NCBI GenBank assembly: GCA_963762015.1
Contig: CAVXJL010000007.1
Location: 408-64,407, forward strand
Source of the DNA: an uncultured Actinomycetota bacterium
Lineage (GTDB): Bacteria > Actinomycetota > UBA4738 > HRBIN12
Direction: 5' to 3'
Length of the DNA: 64,000 nucleotides
Shown: positions 63,691-64,000 of the stretch, piece by piece
Numbering within the stretch: the stretch's first letter is position 1
How the letters are laid out: the number at the start of each line of letters is the position of its first letter
Program-made: the position numbers and the translations under genes
Notes under the pieces: model-generated
Seen by the model: only the letters and a program-made list of their open reading frames with translations
Database searches by the model: none
What the model was told of the DNA's origin: nothing

Positions 63691-63790
63691 GATGAGCAAC
63701 ACCGGGGGTTTGACGACCTATCGTGCCCCAAGTAGCCTCGGGTAACGGCTCCGGAGACGGAGCCTTTCATCTGTTCGAACAAAGGAGCTC

Positions 63791-64000
63791 ATGACCGGGA
63801 CGCGAACGCGGATCACACGGCTCGTCGTAGCCGTGCTCTTTGCGCTCCCCGTCCTTCTCTCCGTGCTCAGCCTCTCATCCCTCGCGGCACCGTCCGCACG
63901 GGAGGTCGAAGCGGCCAGACAGAGGCTCGCCGGACTCCAGCACGACTTCGAAGTACTCGCCGAGCAGTACAACGACGCGAAGTACCGACTCTCCCTCACC
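63791..64000 (+). CDS. Secreted coiled-coil protein, N-terminal fragment (resembles the N-terminus of actinobacterial RipA/NlpC-P60-type cell-wall hydrolases); runs off the window
   Basis: AAAGGAG RBS 5 nt before the ATG. Signal peptide ...LSSLAAPSA, then REVEAARQRLAGLQHDFEVLAEQYNDAKYRL. The catalytic domain is not visible, so the function is not established. Confidence 0.55.
   Translation, partial: MTGTRTRITRLVVAVLFALPVLLSVLSLSSLAAPSAREVEAARQRLAGLQHDFEVLAEQYNDAKYRLSLT

Noticed and set aside
63691-63790. ydaO / cyclic-di-AMP riboswitch upstream of the RipA-like gene
   Set aside because: Only about 100 nt are available, and I could not identify the conserved pseudo-symmetric cores by eye. 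It is kept only as a low-confidence structured leader.
63568-64000. Integrative element inserted at tRNA-Pro
   Set aside because: There is no integrase and no repeat of the tRNA 3' end within the visible sequence. The downstream gene looks like an ordinary secreted cell-wall protein.

Overview
High-GC chromosomal segment; hand counts of 60-100 nt samples give about 64-70% G+C. It looks like an Actinomycetota-type bacterium, based on a WhiB-family regulator, an AdnA/AdnB-like helicase-nuclease pair and a class A PBP with PASTA domains. All calls come from reading the supplied translations and the DNA by eye; no searches were run, so family names rest on motif recognition.

I support about 60 protein genes, one tRNA-Pro(CGG), a few hairpin terminators and several short tandem repeats. 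I saw no rRNA, CRISPR array, transposase, integrase or phage genes.

Gene content, left to right:
- MBOAT tail plus SGNH hydrolase
- stand-alone TrpB2
- greA / CDP-alcohol phosphatidyltransferase / Rieske ferredoxin operon
- SDR
- ethanolamine-type permease plus a GlnA-family ligase, and further right two class-I amidotransferase/PuuD-like hydrolases (a gamma-glutamylation-type amine catabolic set)
- aldolase / Zn-ADH / FGGY-kinase operon
- serA-serC-DUF1015 operon
- five-gene peptide ABC importer
- CoA-transferase plus methyltransferase
- HAD / methyltransferase / membrane-protein cluster
- two paralogous polytopic HisKA_3 histidine kinases
- PGPGW, DUF72 and an M50/CBS protease
- adnAB-like pair
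- cNMP-binding protein plus a Crp-like regulator
- MBL, NUDIX and MidA-family methyltransferase
- sugar ABC importer plus a secreted BNR/Asp-box propeller
- orphan nuoD
- selA-selB
- RidA, WhiB, NfeD, PBP1A, YqeY and a metallophosphoesterase
- tRNA-Pro and the start of a secreted coiled-coil protein

Most interesting observations:
1. A self-contained mini transcription unit (promoter-like hexamers, strong RBS, 27-codon signal-peptide-like ORF, canonical terminator) lies in the gap between the two paralogous sensor kinases. This stretch has visibly lower G+C and no response regulator.
2. Single-base frame breaks are concentrated in a few genes, mainly between 0.2 and 7.2 kb.
3. An orphan NuoD sits next to selAB and about 6 kb from a MidA/NDUFAF7-family methyltransferase.
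4. A family-5 solute-binding protein carries a C-terminal membrane anchor instead of a lipobox.

None of these is proven from sequence alone.
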